From Dicyema japonicum (Eukaryota; Animalia; Dicyemida): a DNA stretch of 57,805 nucleotides. Numbering within the stretch: the stretch's first letter is position 1; the number at the start of each line of letters is the position of its first letter. Shown here piece after piece: positions 39,782 to 52,281 of this stretch. The stretch covers positions 341,887 to 399,691 of the forward strand of contig RDEW01000049.1 of the NCBI GenBank assembly GCA_011109175.1. The letters are read 5' to 3'. The position numbers were made by a program, and so were the translations under genes. The notes under the pieces were generated by a model. It was not told the DNA's origin and made no database searches. It was given only the letters and a program-made list of their open reading frames with translations.

Positions 39782-41930
39782 TTTTTTTTAAATAAACCAA
39801 ATTTAATAATGAAAATTAGGCAATAATTAGGACGACAGAATGGCGAAGGCGTTACCTCTGATAATCGCCATTTCGAGCCTCTGCCTCAACCAGAGTCCCT
39901 CCCGTGGCTCGTACCTTTTTGAGGCGAGTTTGCTTCCAATGCTGTGGAGAAAGGCTTCCGTCTTCGCGCCTACAGTTCCAGTTGTCTCCACAGCAATGGG
40001 GACGAAATGGTAATGATCTCCAAAGAATTCGTACTTATGGATCTTCTTGACCTCCGCCTGGTCGGCTGCGTCTCCAGGAGAGTACGTCGCCGTCAGCAAT
40101 CTGGCTCCTGAGAAGGTGTCCACACACGTTGCGTCCCAGACAAGTGATTTTCCGTGGGACTATGGGAATAACGTCATTCCATCCGGCCTCTTCCCGTCGC
40201 CTCTGTCTAAGCCCAATGGTTCCAATTGGGCCGGAAATCCCGCAGCCTCAGGGCTCGAAAGATGATGTCATTGAGGGCTGCGTGGCGCGGGGCTCGACCA
40301 GCACTCCGTCGGCAAGAGAGTGGATGTAATCCTTTCGTATCAACGTCCCCGCCGCAACGGCATTTGTGTCTCTGGCATATGTCCAGTCCTAGGCGCAGTG
40401 CCACCCCGATCCTCAAGCTGTTTTCGTCAAGGAGGGACCCCAGATGTGGGCAAGGTAAGGCCTCGAGCCAGACTCCATTTCCGCGATGTGCGGCTGACTT
40501 AATGCTTGCTAGTCGGTGTTGATTGGCGCTTTTCTTCGCGGCCTCTAAAGTGCTCATACATGCGATTGAGTCCCAACTCTTCTGGCAAGCAAAGTTCGAC
40601 GGGAATTCCAAGTCCAAACTTTGTCAAGCTCCGAGTCCAAGGTATGTCCGGTTGCGTTAAGTAGGACTGCTTGGGCCAAGTGACTGCAGCTTGCAAGGGA
40701 TGAAAAGTAGGCAGGCAGGGCGGCTTCAAGGGGGATCTTAACCCAATGCCCCCATTTCTCGCAGGTTGTTTGCACATAGTCCAGCCCAGAGCATCAAATT
40801 TGACATTTAGTATTGACTCTGCCGATCGTCTCAGAGTCCCATCAGCCGACAATAGTGTATTCCGGTGTTCAAAAAATGGTGAACATCTCAAAATGTACAT
40901 CATCTTCGACACGGAAGTCCATTTCTTGAGCAAACAGAAAGACACATGTGGATCCAAAGATGATACTCTCTTTGTAAAGGCTTCAACTTCATTGTTCTTA
41001 CTGGTGAGGAATTTTTCCAGCTCGTCGTTCCGAGAGGGCAGCCAAGGAAGTGTACCTTGTCCAAGGAGGATTTGCTGAAACCTGGAAGTAGGGATCTGAA
41101 TTCTTGGCAGTAGAAAAGTTTGGAAATGAGCAGGAAATATTGATCAGTTCCGATTTCATAAAGTTGACACTTAAACCCAATTCGTTTAGAGTTGGAATGG
41201 TTGAAGGAATATCCTGATATACGTTCTCCCATGGGCCGGCTATTGTAGCGTCGTCCAAGTACCACAGGTTGAGTTCACAGTTTATGCTTCGTGCCACTGT
41301 GTCAATTGTCATTGCAAAAAGCAAAGGCCCTAGAGGGTCTCCCTGCTGAACGCCTGTGCGTGAATAAACAATATCGTTTCCGTAAACTAAGGCTGAGTCC
41401 GTCCCATACGATAAGTGTACAAGTCGGCCAATCTCCGGAGCTCTCTTCCAACAGGTTTCCAAAATACATTCTCTCCTCAGCGTGTTGAGGGCATTTGATA
41501 TATCAATCTTCCGGCCTAGCCTTTGGGTCTGAGAATTATTGTTGTTGAAGTAACTCCTCGCGGCGTGGACTATTGCCTCGCAACCGCCGGTCACTCCTAC
41601 CCCAAGTTGAGTCGGAATCAGCTCTTCAGCAACATTGTGGGAGACTCTCCTGGCAACGATTTTAGCAGCAAGCCTTCAAAGTATGTACCGATCGCAATTG
41701 GGCGGACACTTCCATCTCCTTTTCGGAATGCCAATAGATGTCCACAAAAAAAAGGTCTCTAGCAAATTTTGGAATATCACCATTAACTATTCGAGTGAGC
41801 AGCAAGGTGATAGACGTAACAAGGCACGGCCGGTTTCAGCAGTAGCTTCAGAAATTAAATCCTTTATATGGCTTGGGCGCAGTCCGTCCAGGCCTCCGCA
41901 GCTACTGGGTGCAAGAGTCTCTTCGGTCTT
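39782..41930 (-). mobile_element. CRE-D, 5'-truncated
   Basis: QQGDPLGPLLF; WYLDD; HPLSCRRSAGR; FVPIAVETTG; RGNAFAIL; A8 tail; no TSD found. Confidence 0.9.
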
Positions 41931-41939
41931 ACATTTAAA

Positions 41940-42780
41940 TGTGAGATAATTTCATTTTGGGCCAAATTGTTTAATTTCTCTCCATATTTTTTTCTTAAAT
42001 GGAAGGAAAGATACTAGTTTGTCCCATTTTTTGGTTTCAGTTTTTCTAATCTTATTTGATATTTCGTCATTGAGAGTTTTTGTTTGATTTTTTTTGTTCG
42101 TGAAAGGAAAGTACGACATGAGAATAATTTTGTTCAAAAAGTCAATAGCATCATCTATTGAGGAGAATAAACTCATGTCAAAGTTTAGTAGAGCTTGATC
42201 GATGTATTTTGAATAGTCACTTTTTATAGTTGAAAAATGAAACAGTCTCTTTTCTGTGGTCAAGAACTTTATTGATTCGAATAATGATTGGATTGTGGTC
42301 GGAAGATAATCCATAATGCATTGTCCTAGAAGTATCCGGTGCTAGGTTTGGGGACAGAAGGTAATGTTTGAGGACGTTGATGCTTCGTTTTCCTTGTAAG
42401 GAGTCCTAGTGTGCTTCCTGGGCTTGTTGAGGATTGTCAGAGAGGTGAGTTGGATGATGGATTAAGTATGCTTTCTTGAAGTAAAATCAGGTCAATGTTC
42501 TGTTCTTTAAAGAAATACCGTAGTTTGAGAATTTTGCTTTTGATTCCGTTGATGTTGCAGAATTGAGAGTGGAGGGCCAGGATTAAGTTCAATGTCACCG
42601 GCGAAAATTATCAGAAACCCATTTAGCCGAGGGAGATTAAAAAAGGGCTGAGGCCGTCGTCCGAAAAGTCTTTCTTCGGATGGGAAGTAGTTAATGGTCC
42701 TTTTCCGCGGCGCATTAAGAGCACCCTGAGCGCCTCCAGAACTTTCATAACTGGTAGACCACATGACGCCACGTTTTAAT
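41940..42780 (-). mobile_element. APE-type LINE 5' portion with a 2A-like motif upstream of the endonuclease
   Basis: GFLIIFAGDIELNPGP (GDIELNPGP at 42573-42599), then NINGI and IDLILLQES APE motifs in shifted frames. Confidence 0.7.
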
Positions 42781-42983
42781 TCGTTTATTATAAAAATGGC
42801 CTGGGAAGATGTATCTCCTAAAACGATCAAAAATTGCTTTCAAATTCTGAAGAATGTTGATAAGAAATTTAATCGATGAATAACTATTTTAAAATTATTG
42901 ATTAAATTCTAAAATTTTTCAATTCCCAAATTTGCTGCAAAAAATGCTGGAACCAAAAAAGGCAAATTTGGTAGAGTTTACTG
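42781..42983 (+). mobile_element. pogo/Tigger 3' end
   Basis: AWEDVSPKTIKNCF; ends AGAGTTTACTG|TA. Confidence 0.65.
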
Positions 42984-43392
42984 TAGTTGTAGTGGAATAT
43001 CCCTAAAAAAGAAAAGTCTTTGCTTTTTACTAACCTCTGGGAGTCTTTTCTCAAAAAGGGACACAAGGCTGTAATCAGTGGTTTTGGTACAAAGTGGTTG
43101 GTTGGTGGGGAGATTGAGGCTAGGCGTACCTCTACTACGCAAAATATCTACTTAGCTTCATGGTGGATGAAGGACTTGTATTCTCGTGAGCACGTAAGAA
43201 GTGACAGACTTAGGAGACATCAGAAACCAAGGAAGTGTCGGGTGCACAACCCCACATTCTAATCTCACCCAAATATAGCTCAGAGGAGCATCTATCCACA
43301 TCTGCAAGTGATAGTTAATATAAGTAGCCAGTATTAAGCTTATCAGTTAAATTAGAGTATCTTTATTCCCCAAAAAACAATTATCCAACTTA

Positions 43393-44894
43393 TTAGAACC
43401 CCAAAGCTTTCTCGCAGATCGCTTTTCGTTCCAAAACCGTAGATCTGATAATCGTTGGATTTCCATTACGTAGCATATGTGTTCCTTCTTTTTGCTCCGT
43501 AGTTACCAATGTAGTATTCGTTTATCCAATCGGATTCCTTTATATATGTTTTACACATGATTTAGATTAACTGTAGTTCATGCGTATCTTCGATATTCGC
43601 TAGTTTCCCATCATGTTTTTCACACTCTCCTCTTTGATCTTTGGCTCTTCTCTTTGTTGCCAAAATGAAAAAACACTTTGATCCAATACAATTAGAATGA
43701 TCTACTTTATAGTGACTCTTACCTATTGGATTCCAAATCGTTCTAAAATAACCTCAAAAATACCTTGGGGGTAGATTCTGGATGTAGTCAGGAGGGTGAG
43801 GATCATCTCTACTCTGGGATTCTATCATTCAATATTATGAATACTCTGACAGATGGGGTAACATTCAGTAAGGCAATCATTTGTTGTTGTACTCCCATTT
43901 CTAATATATGCACATTCACCAGTGTGAAGGTGGTAACATTTTCCAGATTCGAAAAAATCTGAATGACTAATTTTACTGGTTGCTTGTCTCAAGAAAGTGG
44001 CAGGAAAGACCTGCGAATCTCCACCCAGGGATTCTTGAACAGATTGTGTTCGCTTTTCCGTGAATAACCGAGATGTTGAAAATGGCATAGCAATACCCAT
44101 TACTGCATCTATGGGGACCTAATTTTAGTCAGAAGACAAACGATCATTTTCCACGTATAAACAGTGCCAGCTTTCTCTGTCGAATTGAACGGTTTTTTCT
44201 ATCGTTTCTATTGAATAACTGTTATTGTCAAGTCCAGGACTTTATATAAGCACCCACGTTACCCGATAGAATTAAAGACCGGGGACATTATGCATTTTTC
44301 GCAACCGGTAACGTGTCCGAGGCCAAGCAGGTGGAGCAGTTCGTGGACTAGAACAATTGCAGTCTCTTGCAACTCGAGGTTTGACTAAAATAAGGTTGAT
44401 TTGTCACTTCATATGGCGTATATATGACAACTGTCCCATGCGGTGTGCAAACTGCCTTCATAGACGCGTATCCGAGAATCTTAAATCCTGACTCATTCAA
44501 AACAAGTTGAGATCTACGGATTAGAAAACTACAGTCTACGTGAAAAACACGTATGCGTCATAATTCTTGTGTTTCTCATGTTTGTCGACATAAGCTTGTC
44601 GACTGCTAAAAGAGTCGAAGTCTACTCCTTGTTTGTAATCGACTAGGACAATTTCTTTAATAACGACGTTTATTCCGAACGGTTCAAAATACTTTTAGTT
44701 GACTATAAGACTACTTGGTTGGTTTCATTCACTAAGTCAAATGTCCGCATGACCAATTTTTCGTAGTCATCGAAGTATTTTAACTATATGATAAGACATG
44801 ATTATACCAGATGGGGGCTAATATAGGCTCCCAATTCTAAGGTTTTATTTCGACAGCTTATAAGTGTCAACAAGCAGATGAGGAGAGAGTTCAT
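43393..44894 (-). CDS. Secreted M12B metalloprotease fused to two C-type-lectin-like domains (in-frame TAA in CTL2; one CTL1 junction unresolved; possibly a recent pseudogene)
   Basis: MNSLLICLLTLISC signal; ~21-26 nt introns; HELLHLLGLGH; CIMSP; CSNGYCY..C..GW..CYPICQ; CIGSKCF..C..GKLANIED..YYIG..ICEK. Confidence 0.75.
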
Positions 44895-45361
44895 TAATTT
44901 TCTCAGAATATTTTATTGAAATTTATTGTCAGTTTCTGGTTTTTTAATTAATAATAAAATTAACTAAAAAATTTCTAATTTTCTAGAAAATCATAAAATT
45001 TCCAATAAACAGAAAAAATCTATGAATTATTAGATTTTTGTCAATAAAGTCAAAAATTTATGTGTTTTTTAAAATAGTCTAAAACTATAAAAATGTGATT
45101 TTTAATCAAAAATATTATATAAATCAAAAGTTATAAAGTTAAAAGTCCACATTTTGTGGAATGTCAAAAAAGGTCAAAATTTAATTTTTTTAGGTCAGTA
45201 AAGTCAAAGTTTTTTTGATTTTTAGAGTTTTTTTGAATAAAATACTAGCGTGTCAACTGTTATGCCGCATTCAAATCAGGAAAGTCGTTGAAAAGATTAA
45301 GACTGTAATTAGAAAATATCCTTGTGGATTTTTCGAATTTTCACAACAACATCTTTTTTAT

Positions 45362-45570
45362 TGAGTCTTTTGTCTAAGAAACATTTCAAACCAACAATTT
45401 ATCATTTTTATTAGCATTTCACAGGTGTTATGTAAAAATATTTGATTTTCTCATTCTATTCGCTGACTCTACGATCAATGAGGTCACTAATGCTTAGTCG
45501 AATTTGATTTTCCTTGCAATTAGTTGAACAGTAAATTTCACAAAACTTGTTTGAGGGTATTAGGATATCG
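45362..45570. repeat. ~200 bp dispersed duplication (second copy about 47603-47815)
   Basis: TAAGAAACATTTCAAAC..TTTATCATTTTTATTA..ATCAATGAGGTCACT..ACAAAACTTGTTTGA shared. Confidence 0.75.
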
Positions 45571-46607
45571 TCTTACTTACTTCTATGTAAAAATATACTA
45601 TTTAAAAATATTCTATGTAAAAAATTTATGCAAAAGTAACTTACCGAAGCTATTTGAGTTTTTTAAATGCATTTATTATAGATTTAGAAAAGATGGTTTG
45701 ATTTAAGGAATCCATATATATTTGAATACACTAATAAATTTCTTGCATATTTTTATTAAAAAACACTCCCGAGAAAACATAAAATTAGTTTATTCCTAAT
45801 CATCCTCTACGTCAGCCTAGATCATGATTTTCTGTTGCGTGCTAGTTCTCTTAGGTAATCTAGGTCATCCGCCATTTCCATTATAATGTCAGATCCTCCC
45901 TACACTCTTGTAACACAGTGGATCAGGTCCTGATGGAATGCAAATCCGAGACCATAATGTCGGCAGGCCGATGAGAGGGTAAAAATGCAAGTTTCTAAAC
46001 AATTCTGTAATTGTAAAGTTTATATGGGGGTTAACGGGGATGGCAAACAATATCCGGGTTAGGATTTTCCTTAACACAGAGCTTTTGTAAATCGATTTGG
46101 GCGTATATAGAACAGTTTCCAGATAGTTGGAATTGTATTCATATTTATTGAATAGTTGAAAATCACTGTAATTGAATTATTTCAAGTGTTTTAGTAAAAT
46201 ACCAGGAATAGATTCAGGCTCACATGAAAGGGAAGAATTCATCCTCTTCAAACCCTCACTGACATCTGAATGTGCTTCGGTGGTCTAATGCCTGTCTGAG
46301 TTTCGGTGGTCCGGGGAATGGGCTTCAAACCCATGGCTTGCTGGAGTCATAGTGGAAATTGGCCATCCTCCCAAAATAATTCTGCTCAGAAGGGGATATT
46401 GTCTTGAAATTGTTGAATTTTATTGAGGTAAAAAATAACTATAATTTTGATGGAAATGGAATTTTAATATAAATATGCTTGGAAGTAATCAACTAAAATA
46501 AAATATGGAGCAATTTATATGTCCATATTGGTTTATAAATTGATAAAGATGACAATAAAAATTTACTTCACAGAAAAGACGCAAAAAGACGCAGCAAAAA
46601 TTTACTT

Positions 46608-46880
46608 AGCCGAGTGGCATAGTGGTTAGGTGTCGGGCTTAAGTGGCTTAGGCTACGGGTTAGAATCTCGCTGTTGTTCAACTGGTGGAAGGTTCCACGC
46701 ATCTACGATGCAGAAAGGGTTTGACGAGTGACGCCGTCATCAGTGGATACTCATTGCAGAACTGGATTGTCTAGAAAGGACACTCACACAAGAAAAAGAA
46801 AAAAAGAAGTGAAGATCATTCCTTGGTTCTACGATTAGTTAAAATTAACTGTTATTTACTTAAATAAAGTGTGTGTCCTG
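46608..46880 (+). mobile_element. tRNA-derived SINE, copy 2
   Basis: GCCGAGTGGCATAGTGGTTAGGTGTCGGGC...; colinear with 38125-38451. Confidence 0.85.
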
Positions 46881-48038
46881 CCTATGCGGAGCTATAAAAT
46901 ACTATGGCTCTCGTGAAAAAGCTTTAAAAAAAGATGCAGCTAGCATATTAAAAAAGAGATAAAAGTACCTCTAAACAGAATTGAATACGACTTGGCTAAA
47001 AGCAGTCGAGGGTTGGTATGAGTTTTCTCATACTTGCCTCGAGAGCATGGAATCTCCTGTTCATCTAGCGATGGATACTTAATAAGGCCCGGAAAACCCG
47101 CTGTTATAATGAACGCTGGGTTGAGTTCATGGATAAAAATGTTGCCAGCCATGTTGTTGAGTGACATAAACAATTCGCCTGTTCAGTGAAAGAAAAAGTA
47201 CAAATGGTCGTGGGTTTGGGGGTATTTTGTAGGAGTGGGGACTTTTGGGCAATGAAATACCTCCCAAAGTTCAAATGGACGTACCTCACTGAACAAATGC
47301 CTACCAGAAAGCGAAAATTGACGATATCATGAAAATAGACATGTCTAAGGTCAAACGATAGGCGGCTGACTTTTTTGATAATTTTGGGATGAGCAAAATT
47401 CTGAGAAATCTGCAAGGATCTGATTTTCTGAGGTTTCCCTCAAACAGAGACTCACTGAAGATGAAATTGTCTCATCAAAAAAAGCTAGGAGGAAAGCTCC
47501 TGTTATTATGTCTCTCTTTACTGGAGGATGTTTATAATTTTATTTTTTATTTATTTATTATTAGAAAATATCCTGGTGAATATTATTCAACAGCTTTGTA
47601 TTGAATCTTTCGTTAAGAAACATTTCAAACTACCAGGTTTATCATTTTTATTACTATTTAACACATGACACTGTACAAATATCTGATTTTCTCATTAAAA
47701 ATATCACTACCACTCTAAAAATCAATGAGGTCACTGATGCTTACTCAAATATGATCTTCCTTGCATAAGTTAAACAGTAAAGTTTACAAAACTTGTTTGA
47801 AGGTATTCGATATTATCCTACCGTATTTGCTGGTGTATAAGTAGAATTTTTTCGATCAAAAATCGACCTAAAAATGACCTCGACTTATACACCGAGTCAT
47901 GAAATTCAACTATGTATTCATCGCTTCAAATGTGATCGTAATTACTACACTCTTCACAAAAATTTCTTGCAAAGATCAATTCAATTATAGAAGTGAATGA
48001 AATAAAGTGATAACCTCGTAAACCCATGTATAAACAAT

Positions 48039-48955
48039 CTGGCTTGCCCTGCTTATCTATCCTCTTTGGACTCCAGCCGACTGCTGATCAGGATGATTCT
48101 CCACCTCCCAACTGAATCATCTGAAATCACAGACATGGAATATTCGAAGGGGATGATGCCTGAGCAGAAAGATCGTTACAGGACCTTCTGCGAGGATAAA
48201 TATGAGAGGCTTCTGAACCAATCAAACCAACACAGACGTGCCTGTCTAGTGACTGGAAGATGCGAATCGAGTGGAGCTTGGATCAACGCACTTCCAGTTG
48301 GTAGTGTCGGAACCCACCTTGACGACGATACTGTCCGCATCGGCATCAGCACAAGACTTGGACTGGAGATTTGCCGGACCCACAAATGCTGGTGTGGCGC
48401 CACCGTCGATTGCTATGGACACCATGCCCTCTCCTGTAGAAGAAGTGCAGGACGATTCCCAAGAACAAGGCGATCAACGGAATTGTCAAGCGAGCCCTGG
48501 AGTCTGCGAGATACCCAGCCATACTAGAATTTGTTGGTCTGGACAGAGGAGACGAAAACGTTCCGACGGGATCACAATTTTCCCATTCGAAGAGGGGAAA
48601 CCTTTGGTCTTGGACGCTACTTGTGTCGACACGCTTTGCCCGTCCAACATTGACGGGAGCGTGGTAGACACACTGTATTTCGCGGAAAAAACGATGAGAG
48701 CAAAAGAAGAAATACGAAGCGATACGCGACCGATTCGCGTTTTATCCGATAGTGGTCGAGACAACTGGTGGAATAATTGGAAAATCGCTTCGCTTCCTAA
48801 AGAAACTTGGACGCTTAGCTACAATAAAAAGCCACGACGCACGTGAGACCCGGTGGCTACTCCAGTTGATCTCTGTTGCAATCGTGAGAGGAAACGCAAC
48901 GTCGATAATGTTGGCGGGGTCCACTTTGGATGGCAGTTTTAAATATGATTTACTG
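48039..48955 (+). mobile_element. CRE-E, 5'-truncated
   Basis: SGAWINALP; HALSCRRSAGR; LVLDATCVDT; ISVAIVRGNA. Confidence 0.9.
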
Positions 48956-49010
48956 TAAATATGGTTTTCTGATTTAACTAATAAATTTGTTCAATAATTT
49001 GCACCTTTGC

Positions 49011-49122
49011 GGGTTTAAGGGTTAGGGTTAATATTTAGGGTTTTTAATTAGGGTTTGTGTTTATGGATTTTGGTTAGGATTTAAGGGTTTTTGGGTAGAG
49101 TTAGTGTTTAGAGTTAAAGTTT
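49011..49122 (+). repeat. Degenerate TTAGGG-like tract
   Basis: GGGTTTAAGGGTTAGGGTTA..TTTAGGG..TTAGGG..TTAGG..TTAAGGG..TAGAGTTAG. Confidence 0.55.
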
Positions 49123-49479
49123 CATGTATATGGATAAAGAACAAGGCTTAAATTAAATATTTTGGTTAAATATATGCTTTTGTTATTTTAGTTGTTATTT
49201 AAATAATTAGATTTTATCTATTTTATATTTTTTCAAACAAATTAATTTTTTCTTAGACAAGGATTAAAATTTTTTTTGATTAGTGACATTTGGTGGTTTA
49301 TTTTTTTAAGTGGATCTCTCAATTTTTGCGTTCTACAGATTTTTTAATATCAGAGATGAACTTATTAGGTATAATTAAGTTGATTCTGCTATAGAAAACT
49401 TTGTAGTTTTATTAGCCTTGACCATGTTGGCCGAGGCGACGTACGGCATTAAAAAATTATTAAATTTAAAAATTCAAGT

Positions 49480-49750
49480 TCATTTCCAGCATTTCATTTT
49501 TCAACACAATCTACTTTCTAAAGACGAATCACTCAAAGCTGACGGACGAACATGCTTGAACTAAAATCTGAGAATTCTGGACTTTGTTGATTAATCAATT
49601 CAAAGACTCAAAGTTTATCGGATATTTCAATTTTACTTTATTTAGGTATAGATTTGATTCTGACGTGATTCGTCAAGAATTTTTGTGCATTGGATGTTTT
49701 TTTAGTCATACACGCGTTTTAGATGCTCGAAGGTTTATAATCTTATTACA
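49480..49750 (+). mobile_element. hAT (Buster-like) transposase fragment
   Basis: LFRYRFDSDVIRQEFLC resembles the Buster VRY..EEFL block. Confidence 0.45.
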
Positions 49751-49760
49751 TTTTAGTGAT

Positions 49761-49887
49761 CTGTTGCAATCGTGAGAGGCAACGCAACGTCGATAATGTC
49801 GGCGGGGTCCACTTTGGATGGCAGTTTTAAATATGATTTACTGGGGATAAATTAACTGATTATTTTTCTAAAATTGATTTTTGATGT
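49761..49887 (+). mobile_element. Minimal CRE insertion of the CRE-E family (127 bp)
   Basis: 49760-49843 matches 48872-48955 at 82/84; TSD TTTTAGTGAT at 49751-60 and 49888-97. Confidence 0.8.
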
Positions 49888-50018
49888 TTTTAGTGATTGA
49901 AAAATTAAATACAATTTACAAATCAAGTCTACAATGAAACTTACAGAATATAGCAGATATTAAAAAATAGAAATTAAAACAATTTTAATTTATAAAAATT
50001 ACTCAAATTTCAAAATGT

Positions 50019-50088
50019 TCCTTGTATTATAGTGGTAAATATGCCACGTTGTAATCCGAGTGACCTGGTTCGATTCCCAAAAAGGGAG
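50019..50088 (+). pseudogene. tRNA-Asp-like pseudogene or tRNA-derived relic
   Basis: TCCTTGT..TATAGTGGT..GACCTGGTTCGATTCCC..GGGAG follows the eukaryotic tRNA-Asp pattern; anticodon arm broken (GTA). Confidence 0.6.
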
Positions 50089-52281
50089 ATCATTTTTCTT
50101 AACTATTATTATTTTAGCGATGGGGATTATTTATATATATTGAGAATGGATATTGCTGGTCCTCCAATTGACATCATGCTTTCTAAGTACCGGTCCATTT
50201 AGGGGATTAAGAAAAGAAGGCAATCATTGAGATGAGATGGTTTATATAGTCCCTTACATATGAATGTGAGGGCTTGTTTTTTTCTTATAATATTGATCGC
50301 ATCATCTCGGTCATGGAGGTCAACAACGGAGCAATTAAGTTTATTACCAGAAGAGGCTGGATAGGGTTTTGAATGAAGAAAAGAGCCTTGAGAATTATCC
50401 AGTACAAGTTGTTGAAAGTTAACTCAGATTTTCGACTAATGTGTACGACTACAAGAGGAGTATTAAAGAGTAACGAGAATGTTTTCTAGAGTTCATTCAC
50501 AAGGTTAGACGTAAGAAATAAAAGTAGTGTGTATCATGTCCCGTCATATTTAACAGTCTCATAAATTCTATTTATCTTACATAACCATAATCAATATTTG
50601 ATGTTTATAGTTAAATATAAAATGGTCAACTGGCCTAATGGTCGGTTGATCGCAAAAACCCCAGGTTCTAAAGTCAAATCAAAGTTAGGTCCATAAAAGG
50701 AAAAAGGACCGTTTTTTTCAGTGTGAATAATGGTTATTTTATACCTTGTCTTACGTTTGGTTCATCAATGAAGAAGAATTTATCAAACATCACATGAACA
50801 TTCGCCAGAGTTCATATCCTATACCACAATAATTTTTTTGAATAAAAAAAATTTTAATGCAAAAACTATCAACTACTGGCTTCTATCATAATTGAGAACG
50901 CATTTCCTCTCAAGATTTGCAAGGAAATACACTCAATGAGCAAACTCTTTTCTCTCCTATCATTTTTGTTTTGATGAGCGATCCGATTCTGCTTAGCAAG
51001 ATTAGTGATTTGCTTCCTATGATACCTGACGTTTGCGACNGAAGTGGGTTATTGTATTACCACCCATATCACACCTGTTAAAACATGCATGGTTCATGTT
51101 TTGGAATTTATGTTTCTTAAATTTCTTCAAATTTATTTTTTTCTTTCCATAATACATGTACGATGTCTAGGAATTAATAAAATATAAAATACATCTTCTG
51201 GGTTATTGTAACTACAAGCCCGATACAAATCATAATCGTCAACCAATACGAAGAGGAAGCATTTATTTATTTATAATTAATTTTTTAATAAATATATAAT
51301 TTTAATTATTAACTAAATTATAAAGAATTAGTAATTAATTCTTCATATCAATATTTTAAAACATCAAAGACTCGAATTTTTTAAAATCCTTTTGGAAGCA
51401 CATTGTGCAGCATATAGAATATCGGTAATTAGATATAGCGGATTATCTTTTGTAATATGATAGAATAGCGCAGTGGTTCCCAACCTGGGTCCCGATTTTC
51501 TGGAGTTGTACCAAGGATAAAGCAAATGACTCCAAATTATAGTAGTAATCATTGCATTCTTCATTGCTATGCTCTTGTGTCGAACGAATATTTCATTAGG
51601 TCAAGTTTTGGAAGATGCTACCAAACTCATTAATTATGTTAAAAAAAGACCTCTCCAATCTCTAATAACTTTAAAAATTAATTAATAGATATTTAATTGT
51701 TATTTCTTTAAACGAGACATCAACACCGATTTTTTTCACCATCTGAAAATTCGACCTATACATAAATTTCTACCTATACCTCTACGCGTGAATTTGACAA
51801 AATTGTGACTATCTCGCAAGTATCGGAATACTTGGATTCGAATTTATCCAACATTAAAGATGGATTCGTTCCGTAATCTTTCGCAATCCGAACCTTAATA
51901 AGGTTAAAAGTTAATTTACAACTTTATCCCCTATGGCATAACTGTATTTACTGCAATGCACGCCCATTTTTCTATTCATCCTTTTGTAGTATTGATAAAA
52001 TAGGGACTCGAGATTTTTTGAAACCTCGACTCCTGACTTCAAGTGGAAGAGAAAACTTGCAGACATCGCACTGTGAAATTACTTTCCTTATGACTCACTT
52101 TTCACGATAAAGTAATGACGACGACAGAGAAATTCAATTTTGTTGACGCCTCCGTGAGACATCAAATGTAAAGAACGAGCATGGGTCTCCATCTCTGCCA
52201 GACAGTCAGAAGGAATTACAATTGTCATGGATACACGTAAATGGACAGGCTGCCCATAGCGACATGGTTGCCCATGTCACA

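Noticed and set aside
43540-43560. Stop-codon reassignment suggested by the in-frame TAA in CTL2
   Set aside because: TAA, TAG and TGA all terminate other genes here; a single nonsense change or sequencing error is simpler.
47819-47900. Isolated TIR-like ends (also 4907, 15558, 51470)
   Set aside because: No partner TIR or TSD found, so elements cannot be delimited.
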